From: Neophaeotheca triangularis
Taxonomy: Eukaryota
DNA length: 64,000 bases
Assembly (NCBI GenBank): GCA_054600435.1
Contig: BAAIJX010000031.1
Location: forward strand, 186,001-250,000
Reading direction: 5' to 3'
Part shown: one piece after another, positions 50,429 to 61,516 of the stretch
How positions within the stretch are numbered: position 1 is the stretch's first letter
Layout: each line of letters begins with the position of its first letter
Position numbers and translations under genes: made by a program
Notes under the pieces: generated by a model
Databases searched by the model: none
The model's input: the letters and a program-made list of their open reading frames with translations, nothing else
What the model was told of the DNA's origin: nothing

Positions 50429-51639
50429 AAAGTCTCCGTAGAGACTGCACTCGACTCAGAGTCGCGATCGACTGTGACCCTACGGAAGAAGATTACTAGT
50501 CCCATTCAAGTCTTGAATCGCCTTCACGGTATAGTGGTGTTGCGTCAATAACGACATAACGATAGTCAGACAGATTCTCCAGCTGCGCTTCTCTACCCTA
50601 TGATCGATTATCTCCTCACCGGTAGGACTTTCAGGGTTCTCTCCGGTCCAAATAACTACTCTCCTCTTTCGAGAAACCTTGCTGTCCACCTCACATGTTC
50701 TCGCCTTTACTGGGTAAGCCCACTTTCCTAGCTTCAGTTCTTGATACACCAGATCTTTGACGTTTTCGAGACTACCTGTACGCACCTTGACAAGTCGCAT
50801 CGTGATCTCCTCGCTGTCGGCCAGAACATTGTTAAGGCGGCGCGGGAGCCTCGCTTTTTAGCACCGGGAAGTCGTGCTGTTTGATCAGCGTGCGGACATC
50901 GCCAAAAAAGACAACGTCATGCTGGCCGATGAGCCTCCGGTTGTTCTCGTAAGCGATAGTGTAGGAGCTGTTAGCGCGATTCCCAAGCGTTTTCGAACGC
51001 ATTATTGAGACAGTTATTGCTCTCGTGAATTCGTTGGAAAAGCCTAATAGTGTAGGCGGTGACAGTCGTAAAGGGAGAGGCATTGTTCTTGTATTTCACG
51101 AGTTTTCGTAACTCCATCATTTCAGACGTGTATACTCTCCTTCTAACAGCAGCATCTCTTTCTAGCGCAGCTGACGCGTTGGGAACACTTTTCCTTAGAT
51201 TCGGCCAAACTTCTCCGCTTCGGACGCATAAGTCAAGGATGGGAGGACGTTTCTGGAAGGGGAACACGATTAACAAAGAGACAATTTCTGAATTCGCTCT
51301 GGAATATGACGGCAGCCAAGTACAGCCCAAATGACTGCTCAGCAGATCAGAACACTTACTTCCACGCGCTGAGCTGAGAACTTCATGGCGTCTGAACCGA
51401 AGTAACAAATCGATAGTCGCATCAAGCCACGTCAGCGCGAGTTGCATTCGCGATGACTAGGTCGAATATACCCTCTTCACACATACACAAGTAACGCTGC
51501 CCGTCAAGGTAGAGGTTGAAAGGAATACATGTGTGTGCATAGATAAATAGCATTGGTGTCGAGAATCCTCATCCGAGTCATCTACACAAATCGAAAACAC
51601 TATTCGTAGCCATCTCCAAGTACAATTCCGCACACTTGA

Positions 51640-54600
51640 TCACATCAGATAATGCGCCTGAGCCAGTGGGACTTCAGACATTGCTGGCGCACAACATTCA
51701 AGACCGTCGGCGACGACTGTCTGCTCATATAGTCAGCATGACTTCGCTTCCTGACGTCCAAGGGTTGGGCGACTTACAAAGGTTTCTGGATCGACCTTCA
51801 TCTTCGGCGTGGCTCCGTTGAATTTCATGTCATGTTTGCCGACACTTCGCGTGTCCTTCACAGCTTCCACTCTTTTACCGAGGCCATAAGAACCTACGGT
51901 GCCACTCGCGATACCCGCCGCGGAGACAAACATCACGCTCGCATGCGGGACCAGGGGCTGTCGGTATGAGCAGTGTTCTTTTTTGTGTTTGCTTGATGGA
52001 CTCACTGAAAACATTGGCCTCGATAAGATTGGCTGTACCGTCGCGATTCTAAGCTTCAGGGTTAGATTGGGCATGACGAGAAGACAGCGGGCACCTTACG
52101 ATGCGTTTGGATCGCCCTGATACATAGTTAGTCAATCACGCTTTGTCAATCACGCTTTGTCATGCAAGCAGTTCCAATGGAACTCACCATCTGGGCAGAG
52201 GCAATGAAGCCGCTCTTTAGGACTTGGAAAGGCTTCGTGCCAAATCTGGAGGGTTCCCAAATGACCAAATCGGCTAACTTCCCGACTTCGACACTTCCTA
52301 CCACGTGGCTAATGCCTTGTGTAATGGCGGGGTTGATGGTATACTTGCTGATGTACCTCTTCACTCTGTGGTTGTCAGCGCCAGTGCCTTTGTCTTCATC
52401 TAGAAAACCTCGATGAACTTTGTTCGCATGAGCCGTGTTCCAGGTACGCGATATGGTTTCGCCACATCTACCCATTGCCTGAGAATCGGACGACATCATA
52501 CTAATGGCCCCGAGGTCGTGTAATACGTCCTCAGCAGCAATAGTCTCTGCGCGAATCCGAGACTCAGCAAAGGCTATATCCTCCGGTATGTCTTTTGACA
52601 AGTGGTGACAGGACATGGCCATATCTAGGTGTTCGTCGACCGTGTCTGTAGTAAAGGGGCACGTTGGGTTGGTACTGCTAGGAAGAACATTCGGGTACTC
52701 CACTAGTCGAATCAAGTCCGGAGCATGGCCGCCTCCTGCACCTTCGATATGATATGCGTGAATGGTTCGCCCTTTGAAAGAAGCCGCGGTCTGTTCCACG
52801 TAACCAGCTTCATTCAGTGAGTCGCTGTGGAGCTCGCACTGAATATCGTGCTCGTCACACAATCTAGGTGGTTGTTAGCAAGCTAGCTAAGAACTGAAGC
52901 ACATTACTTACGATAGACAGTTGTCAATGGATGAAGGCGTGCAACCCCAGTCTTCGTGTACTTTGAGACCCGCCACACCTGCGTTCGCCTGATCTCGTAG
53001 TCCAGGGATCCCTGTGTCACTTCCTTTGCCTAGTATCCCATAGTTCAGCGGCAAACGATCGCAAGCTTGCATCATGCGGCCAATGTTTTCCTTTCCAGGA
53101 GTGCAGTTAGCTGCCACGGTGGCGGTACTACTTTACATTAGCACAGCTTCTTTTCTAGCTTCGAGGCAATAGTTCACCTTGGACCAGTCCCGCCACTGAA
53201 TTGTGTGGTAATACCCGCAGCTAAAGCTTCTTCAGCCTGCTGAGGGCAAATGAAGTGACAGTGAGTGTCAATTCCCCCAGCAGTCACTATCTTGCCTTCT
53301 CCTGCAATGACATCTGTACATGACCCGACTACCAAGCCAGGGTTCACTCCATCCATTGTGTCGATGTTTCCGGCTTTCCCGAGCCCAGCTATGTGTCCTT
53401 TCTTGATGCCAATATCGGCCTTGAAGATGCCGGTCCAATTGATGATGAGAGCATTCGTTATGACTAGATCGAGACACTCGTCATCGGATCGACCACTCGC
53501 CTGGCCGATGCCGTCCCGCAACGTCTTGCCTCCTCCAAAAGTGCACTCGTCGCCGTAGCTTGTGAGGTCCTCTTCCACCTTTACCCATAGATCAGTCGAA
53601 GAAAGCCGAACAAAATCGCCAACTGTGGGACCGTACATGGAAGCGTAAGCCTGACGATCCATTTTGCAGGCTTCGAGTCGCCCTTCCGTCTCGGTCGCGA
53701 CTTCCGGCGTGTGACAAAACCTCTCCTCCTCCAAACGACGAAGTATAGTGCTCGCCATGGACAAGTCAATTCTGCCAGGTGCAATGCTACTTCCTCCTCG
53801 AATAGTCTTGAGACCCCCAATCTCAACCAGTGATACAGTCTTAGTATCTCCTGGTTCGAAGCGTACCGAGGTTCCGGCCGGAACGTCGAGATGATAACCG
53901 TAAGACCTCAACCGATCAAAATCCAAGCAAGGATTCGTCTCAATAAAATGGAAATGCGATCCAATCTGCTATCCTTCAGCATGTAGCAACACTAGTGGGT
54001 TTATGGGAAACCCAACATACCTGCACGGCACGATCACCTTTGTTGGTGACCTGGAGTCTTCGCCTTGGTCTCCCCTTACGTAGCACGACATCGGGGCCCT
54101 TCGCAGTGACAAGAGCCCCTGGCATCTTCTCATGCTCGAATTCTGACTCGTCAACCGGTGGAAAAACGTCCATTTTGGGCGGATCAATACAACTGCCGTA
54201 CATCGCCAACGTCAAGTCCCCACCGTCTGTGGAGATGGGCTTGTCGACAGTAACAAGATGAGTGCCTGTTCGGAACGTTCCTTCTACCTGTAGACCAGCA
54301 ACCGTGGAGGTGACGGATGGCTCCACGTGTCTGCGTCCCAGGATCTTTTGCCCGATTGACATGAGATCTGAGACAGTGTGGTCGCCATCGCGTATGAGCT
54401 GAGCATTCATCAGTCTCATGACAGTCTTGATGGCTATTGGTTCTCATCGCCAGACATACCTCGTGAATGACGCAGAATATGAGGGCCTACTTTCGTCAGC
54501 TACCAGGTACAATTGATTTCATAGATGGCCAGTACGTACTGTGGCTTCAGTGCCGTTCAGCTTGATCCCCCTAGCAAGACGTCGTTGGGCGAGATACCCA

Positions 54601-54711
54601 GCTTGTGCAACTAGGAGTTTGTCTAGCTGTAGTGAAAGCGTCAGAATCACGGACAACAAGGCGGTCTGTTGTCAGGAGGGCTCGACTCGCCTCTCTCGGC
54701 ATGAGATGCAT
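51640..54711 (-). CDS. ure1: Urease (single-chain gamma-beta-alpha, eukaryotic type), 11 exons, 837 aa
   Basis: Ten introns (54690-54627, 54539-54487, 54459-54399, 54020-53966, 53177-53128, 52911-52864, 52187-52117, 52099-52049, 52005-51958, 51777-51721) leave a 2514-nt stop-free CDS. Ni-ligand and catalytic motifs [31 protein letters not shown] and SSDSQAMGR are all present. Confidence 0.97.
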
Positions 54712-54913
54712 TGTTCCAAAACGCTCACAAAACTCTCTTTGAGGGATGAAGTTGCTGTAGTGGGCAACCGAGAGAATTTGATCGGAGAGTGCACGATAGA
54801 GTGTGGGATGGGTTCCAAGTGGAGATGATTTCGAACGAACTTCGTTGCCGTATGCGCACTTATGTTGTCTCCCTTCCAGGTGCTCACAAGACTCCACTAG
54901 CCGGGAGCAGCGT

Positions 54914-54979
54914 CTTGGCATGCGGGGTCGATCTTGGCATCTTGGCTATCATGCTTCCGTATGAGCCGGCGTGACGTCA
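54914..54979 (-). promoter_or_regulatory. Three GCCAAG (PacC-consensus) sites and a TGACGTCA (CRE/ATF-type) site upstream of urease
   Basis: CTTGGC at 54914, 54933 and 54941; GCGTGACGTCA at 54969-54979; all 200-270 bp upstream of the ATG. Function is inferred from consensus only. Confidence 0.45.
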
Positions 54980-55239
54980 AAGGCGCCGTGTCGGAAGACT
55001 CCACAGTTGTGTACGGAAAACCTTAGCGGGAGGGTCCACGCCGGCCTGCAATGGATGTGGCTTGCACGGAAGACGTTCGTGACAGCCTCGTCGGCTGTAG
55101 TACCACCTACCTCTGCATAGCTATATTTGCCTACGTGCTGCTTTTTGCCTTTTTAGCTGATATCCCTTTCCACGTTGATGCGGTATCTATCCCTCGCTCT
55201 AGCCGAACTTGTGCTCCTGGTGTCCTCTTCCACGCTACT

Positions 55240-56760
55240 ATGAGTTTAGAGTTTAGCCCATTCGGACAAAACGGAAACGGCTGTAAGCCAGACTCTACTG
55301 GCTTCAAAAAGCGATCGAAAGAGCAAAACTTTACTGCTAACCAGGCTGACACACTCAATGGAAACCGTGGCTCATCCCAGGACCGCCACGATGAGAATAA
55401 TGTGACGGAACAGCTGCACTCCCATCCTCAAAAAGACCATGGAGCGAACGCCTGTGAGCGTGTCGAGACCTTGAAACTGGATAGAGGAGTGTTGAAGAAG
55501 ATTGAGAAAAGCCTCGTCCGCAAACTCGACCTGATCTTAATCCCTAACGCTTGCATCTCGATCATCACGAAAAAAATTGACACAAACGATTACAAGGACG
55601 AATGACGACATGGGCCTTGAAGGCACTAAAGCCCTCAACTGGCTCAATATCTACTTCAACATCGCTTTTGCCATCTTTATCGTTCCCTCGGTCATTATCA
55701 TACCTCGCGTGCGCCTCTCCCTCTGGCTGCCTGCCCTTAACTCACACGGGGCGTGCTGACCGGACGCATGGCGCTGGCTAACACTCTGAATCAAATGTAC
55801 ACCCTTCGTTGGTCCATCGGCCTGTGTGAAGCAAGTATGCAATAGCGACAGGGACGACAGACTGTGTCCGTTTGCCAACATGTGTTAGGCGGAGGGGGCC
55901 GACCTGACGGTCGCAAGGGTGCAAGTAGCGGGCGCGGGTGGTATTGGGGTAGCCCGGTATGGTGTAGAAAGGTAGGCACGCGGACATGACGGTCACGATG
56001 CAGTTGACTATGTAGAGCCAGCGCTAGCCGGGCAGGCCACTGTGGTTATCGAGGGTCTGGTGAATGGCGCTCTGCACAGCGAGAGTGAACACGCTAACGG
56101 CACACGAACCTCATAGATGTTTTGCTCGGTGCTTAGCCATCTCGCAAGACGTGTATCAGCTGAGGAGGACGGGGACTCCAGGCCACCCGTTGTTCGTACA
56201 AGCGTGCAGAGTGCTGCTTGGTTTAGAGGTCGCACTACTCTTCTTAGCTTACGCGCCCTGGGCGTGGGCTCAGAATATTAACGCTTACTTCAACATCTAC
56301 CTCGACAGCCTACGGCGGTACTCCATAACAGAAGTGACGAATATAGCCGTTGCCGCTTATATGATTAGCATCACTGGCTCGCTGGTCTTCGCCTCTTTAT
56401 CAGACCGCTTACAGGCCCGCTGGCAGCTCGCTATCTTCGTCAACGTTATTTAGCTCGGGCGCACTTGCATACTCGCCGTTCGGCCCAGAAGCACGGCTTT
56501 GAAGATGTTCGCCTCCCCGCTCAGTTTCATTACAGGTATCAACGAGCCTTCGCTGCTCAGCTAGATAGGGGACACGTGCAAGGATTTACCAATCGAGCGG
56601 CCCTTCATCATCGCTTCGACGCTGTCGCAACCGTTCGTCGGCAACGCCAGTATGCCGCACGCTTTGTGGTCTGCAAGTCAAGTTCCTAACTACAAAAGTG
56701 GACACAAATTCGATGTTAGTATTTGCATGGCGAGTCTGTGGCGAATTGTGTCGCGAGTTG
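55240..56760 (+). pseudogene. MFS permease of the allantoate/pantothenate (Dal5/Liz1) family, with an internal inversion
   Basis: Plus strand: EKSLVRKLDLILIP, NWLNIYFNIAFAIF, YFNIYLDSL...LSDRLQARW. Minus strand (about 55780-56230): GGLESP, TLDNHSGLPG*RWLYIVNCIVTV, IPGYPNTTRARYL. Confidence 0.85.
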
Positions 56761-57041
56761 CGCGGCGAGTTGCGTGGGAACACCGATTTATCGGGGTCTA
56801 ATTGCTAAGTAGCGGGAGTGAGCGTATGCTTTCGTCTTGCTTTGCCAGTTCGAAGTAAACATAGAGAGCGAGTGACCAGCAATTTCGTATTTAATCTCTA
56901 GCACTACCCTCGCGCGAAAGTCTCCGGAAAACGCCGTGTTTGATGCTCCCACGAACCCTCTCCCTTCCGTCCTCATTCAACCTTTGAGCACCTGGGGAGC
57001 TAATTATCCCCAACCCTCCGCTACTATCTTCTAACGCTGAA

Positions 57042-58028
57042 TCAGCGATCTTGTAGACAGAGCAAGTATTGCTTGCCGAATTCCTTTTCCACAGTGCCGT
57101 CACTAGTCAAGAGATCTCTCAACCAATGTCGGGCATGTTCCACTGAGGTCGCTCCGAATCTGACGACAACGAAGTTGCGAACTGAAGTCGCCGTCCATGT
57201 AGGCTGATCTTTAGTTGGTTGGGGAAAGGTCGCACGTCCTTCGTTTTGGCATCCGATTGCGTCCGAATTTTGGGACCAATCTCTATCACCGGCACGCGGC
57301 TGACAAGCGTAATGTTGAAGAAAATGGTTTCCTAGGTTTTCAAATAAAGGCCCTCGGATGATGACTGTGCCAAAGACCCCTAGTTGCTCCATACGTTCCC
57401 GCAACGACTGCGTGAGTAAAGGAGACTTGGCGAAGAGCATCGTGTTGTCTCTCAGTAGCAATCTTCCTCCTTTCTGCTCCTCTCCGTTCGTTTTCGTAGG
57501 CAAGGACCATACTTCGTTCCGTGCTCTCCACTCTGTGAGATCCCATCTCTCATTGCGTGCGCTCCTTCCCTCTGATACCCAGTCCAACAAGAGCAGACTA
57601 GAGCTGAGAGGATCAATCTCAAAAATTTGCTCTTGTCTGTATACACTCCCCCTGAAGGGCTGTACAGGATCCTGGAGAACCACTAAAGACGCGTTATCCC
57701 TGATGGTAACCTTTAAGGACTGCGTAGTGCACCTGACGTTTGGTAGGCTCCTGTAGATCTTTGTGCTTCCTTGTGTCAGGAGGCCTAAGCGAGCGTTGGA
57801 GAGTATTTCGGCATGGACTTCGATCTCGTCTCCGGCAACAAGTCCACCTCCGTGGTTAAGGACAAAGACAAGTACTGCGCTTGCACCGGGCGGCGAGGAT
57901 GGCGATATCAACCTCACAGGGTACGTGCAAGCAAGGGCCTCGACTTTGGAAGATCGCAGTCCAAATGGCCTTGCGCAAATATAGCCGCGACCACCGGTCT
58001 GGCCTGACTGTACGGACGCTGGACGCAT
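57042..58028 (-). CDS. ureD: Urease accessory protein UreD
   Basis: 328-aa ORF with YPVRLISP, HGGGLVAGD, LLTQGSTKIY, DPVQPF..SVYRQEQ, LLDWVSEGRSARNERW and LLLRDN. Confidence 0.95.
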   Translation of the reverse strand: MRPASVQSGQTGGRGYICARPFGLRSSKVEALACTYPVRLISPSSPPGASAVLVFVLNHGGGLVAGDEIEVHAEILSNARLGLLTQGSTKIYRSLPNVRCTTQSLKVTIRDNASLVVLQDPVQPFRGSVYRQEQIFEIDPLSSSLLLLDWVSEGRSARNERWDLTEWRARNEVWSLPTKTNGEEQKGGRLLLRDNTMLFAKSPLLTQSLRERMEQLGVFGTVIIRGPLFENLGNHFLQHYACQPRAGDRDWSQNSDAIGCQNEGRATFPQPTKDQPTWTATSVRNFVVVRFGATSVEHARHWLRDLLTSDGTVEKEFGKQYLLCLQDR

Positions 58029-58200
58029 CGAGAAGAGTTTGCTCAGTAAAGGGGTTGATGGAAAATCTACAGACTTTCATCCTTGTTTCCTACAAAGCGT
58101 TAGTACCGAGATAATAAGTAACTTCTTTCACTGCGCTGACTGCCCAGACCGTCGATGTCATGTTGGAGCGTATCAGCACTACGGTCAACTCTCTAATGCC

Positions 58201-58348
58201 CGATCAGCTCCGAGTTGAATTGGGATCCGAGCGTGACATCATGATTGATCACTGGGTCCACGGGTGTCGGACGATAAGCTCCGAGTCAGCTGTGGACTCG
58301 AGCGTGACATCATGAAATGATCAGATCACTTTGGTTCCCGGGTGACGG
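58201..58348. repeat. Imperfect ~70-bp tandem duplication in the ureD-ureG bidirectional promoter
   Basis: Units at about 58201-58270 and 58272-58348 share an identical 17-mer CGAGCGTGACATCATGA at 58228 and 58299; GATAAG at 58273. Confidence 0.8.
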
Positions 58349-58464
58349 CCGCTGCCCAGATATACATCGAACCCATCCCCGCGCAGTATCATGAGTCTCT
58401 CCCCGTTCTCGCCCAAACGCATGTAACGTGCGCATTGTCTCTCGGATTCGGTTCTACATTCTAA

Positions 58465-59295
58465 ATGACCATGGCATCTCAATCTCTCTATCTTGCGAAC
58501 GAAAGCCACTCCCATGCTGGAGAGGGTCACGGACACACACACGAGCTTCTGTCCGGACCTGGCTCGTTTACACTACGCGAGAAGCCGGTTGTCGAGGGTC
58601 GAGACTTTCACGAACGAGCATTCACTGTTGGCATTGGGGGGTTGGTCTCCCGCACATTCCCTACATGAGATCTCCTACGGACTTATAATGACATGTAGAT
58701 TCATAGTCCTGTTGGGTCCGGCAAAACGGCCCTGATGCTCGAGCTTTGCATCGCGTTACGACAGAGTCACAGCATAGCCGCCGTAACTAACGACATCTTT
58801 ACGCGCGAAGATTGCGAATTTCTCACCCAACATCATGCTCTACCTAGCGAACGTATTCGCGCGATCGAAACTGGTGGATGCCCGCATGCCGCTGTGCGAG
58901 AAGACATATCTGCGAATCTCGCGGCTCTGACCGACCTCCACCGAGACTTCGACACCCAGATTCTGTTGATAGAATCCGGGGGCGACAACCTTGCGGCTAA
59001 CTATTCACGAGAGCTCGCGGACTACATTGTTTACGTTATAGATGTGAGCGGCGGGGACAAGATTCCGAGGAAAGGTGGACCTGGGATCACTCAAAGCGAT
59101 CTCTTAGTGGTGAACAAGACTGACCTGGCAGATATTGTGGGTGCTGATTTAGATGTGATGGAAAGAGATGCGCGAAAGATTAGGGATGGCGGACCGACTA
59201 TCTTCGCGCAGGTGAAACACGGGAAAGGCGTCAACGACATAGTGGACTTGATACTGAGCGCATGGAGAAGTTGCGACGGCAAGAGTATAGAATAG
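58465..59295 (+). CDS. ureG: Urease accessory GTPase UreG, 2 exons, about 254 aa
   Basis: His-rich N-terminus [13 protein letters not shown]. Intron 58641-58706 restores the P-loop GGPVGSGKT. Also [24 protein letters not shown] and NKTD. Confidence 0.96.
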
Positions 59296-59639
59296 CAAAC
59301 AAGAACAGGTAACATGACTTGCGGTAACGAATCAAGCTTTGATGTAAAGCAGTCTTTCTTATCACATATCTTTACGTGAATCCACAGAGCTTTGAACATC
59401 CAAGCAACGCCGTTTACGACCACATTGATCAACATTTGGGGGGAGGGGGGTGGTGTGTGAGTTGGATTAACGAGTCGCATGAAATATTCATCGCTGTACT
59501 TGTAATGTGGGGCTATCTATATCTCTATTTACATTCGAGCATGGAGTCGATGAGACCATCCACCAGCTGCCCACTCAACGACGCATGTGTTCAAGCGAAG
59601 CCATAACAACGCTTTCAAGAATCTTTAACACTCCTTTCC

Positions 59640-60058
59640 TGATTCCTTCGAATCTTGACAGCCTTATCCTTGGCCCCACCGCGCACCCTCTCGCCATCGA
59701 GACTCCAATGAAAGGCAAAACCCTCATCCTTATGTCCGGGCAGATTACCATCCCCCGGTCGCAAGTATTCATATCATGCGAACACCCCACAGCTAACACC
59801 CACCCGGTATGCCCCTCTAAAGTATGCATCGGGTACCGGTCCTAGCTCCTCGCAGTCTTATCCCCACTCATCATCTCGCCATGCTCGCACACACTCGCTG
59901 AACACCTCGTCACCGCCGTGACCTTGAAAACCGCCTCCGCCCTGTAGGAGATACCTAGCTCCAACTCAGCCGTTGTCTTGCCATCTACGTACGCTTTCAC
60001 CACGACATTCTGGCTGGTTTCTCCGGTGTCGCCGAAACGGTTGTAAAACCTGTACGTG
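59640..60058 (-). pseudogene. Internally deleted relic of an Rsa4/NLE1-like WD40 ribosome-assembly gene
   Basis: AVFKVTAVTRCSASV..HGE, SGDKTAR and HTLEGHTGWVLAV are joined almost directly to C-terminal WSLDGERVRGGAKDKAVKI. Confidence 0.7.
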
Positions 60059-60119
60059 ACGCGATCAGAGGGCTCTTCGTCGCCTAAGAGACTGTTGAGA
60101 AGGAGCGGGGGATATTATC

Positions 60120-60420
60120 GGCGTACGGTCAAAGTCAGACTGCAAATATCTATGTGGCCAACTCATGACGCGTTATTACGGCGAGCGCAACTTGATCGGA
60201 CTCTCCCGCGATCCCGGTGGGATCATGACGGACCTTGCGAGGCACATATATCAGGCAGACTACGAGATGCTAAAGATCGATAAGTTGCACAAATACATCA
60301 GATCCGTTGACCAAAGCGCCGCAACTTCCGTCTGGGCCGCCGTGTCGCCGCACTTCTAGGGCGAAGGAAGGGGTGGGCATTCATCTGGGAGATTGTAGGG
60401 AGTATGGGTCTGCAAGAGGA
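60120..60420 (+). pseudogene. Short-chain dehydrogenase/reductase C-terminal fragment
   Basis: ANIYVAN, YGERNLIGLSRDPGGIMTDLARH and RSVDQSAATSVWAAVSP. Frameshifted. Confidence 0.7.
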
Positions 60421-61099
60421 TACCAGCGGTCCTCCTGTGGCGTATGCAAATCATGCTTATGATAAGGAGATGGAGAGATTGTGGAAGAGGGGTCGCGACG
60501 CTACGGGTGTTTCTGCTGGGGACCGAGAGGCGCGGTAGGAGTTGAGCGGAGGCTCCCATCTGTTGGCAGGTCCATTTTCGCATATATAACCGATCAGTAC
60601 AATGGATGGTTCCTTGTTTCAATTACCAGCAACACAATAAGGTAACAGATCGTTTGAAATGCGACGATACGTGAAGATTTCTGAGCTTGTATACCTTTGG
60701 CCTGCTGTGATCAAAGTATATATGGTGCACACGAGTCGGGGCTTCTTAAACACTTACAGGTTTACAGCTCTTGATACGCATATTTGCGGAGAGCATGTGT
60801 AACTCGTACGAGCGTCCATGTCCACCAACGTACACAGTTGACGCTAATCAAACAATACATGACCATGAATGCGTCTCAACGTTAGCCCTTCGTGGCTATC
60901 GTACCACCTGTGGTAGGTAGCGCAGAGTATGCGGTCGGGATGTAGACCACCGGTGAGTGGTGTGGCTGGGGCGACGATTCATCTTGAGCGCCAGAGCCGA
61001 CAGATAACCACATAGAATATCGCCTCCTTGCAGTATCTAGAAGGCGATGTCAATACCTGGCTCTCCCTCAAGCCCGCCCCACCTACTGCGAACCATCAT

Positions 61100-61420
61100 C
61101 ATACGACGAGAGAGACTGTGGCCGCCGCCGCAGCTGCCATCACCTCCAAAAATCTCAACGGCCCGAAACTTCTCAACAATTACGAGGCTGAGCGGCAGAA
61201 GCGCCTCCGTCCCAAAGCAGGAGCCCAATACATCGATCCCCGTGAGGACGAGAAGCTCAGCAAGTATCTAGACGACCCGTGGCTTGCGCCAGGAACGCCG
61301 GTGCAGCAAGCCGTTCTCGATGGCGGATCTCGCAAGCTCTTGATAGTGGGTGCTGGGTTCAGGGGGATTTTGTTCGCTGTCAAGCTTATTATGCAGGGGT
61401 GCACAGGGGGTTGGATGTCA
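61100..61420 (+). pseudogene. Baeyer-Villiger-type flavin monooxygenase N-terminal fragment
   Basis: YEAERQKRLRP...YLDDPW...LLIVGAGFRGILFAVKL (degenerate GxGxxG), then homology ends. Confidence 0.7.
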
Positions 61421-61516
61421 CGGTGGCGAACTAGTAATTTTGGGTCGCATTGAGGCTTTTGTGAGCATGGCATGGCGCTGGAAGTGGAAAGCTCTCCAGG
61501 CCATCCCATCTTGGAC

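Noticed and set aside
50480..51447. Minus-strand ORFs between the arrestin-like gene and urease
   Set aside because: No recognisable motifs and no gene model I can support.
52131..52162. 14-bp tandem duplication GTCAATCACGCTTT in urease intron 7
   Set aside because: Intronic slippage event with splice signals intact.
41568..59295. Recent transfer of a bacterial ure operon
   Set aside because: The urease is a fused single chain with 10 introns, UreG has the eukaryotic His-rich N-terminus and an intron, and the genes are spaced and lie on both strands.
41568..59295. Missing ureE as a sign of an incomplete system
   Set aside because: Fungi and plants normally have no UreE.
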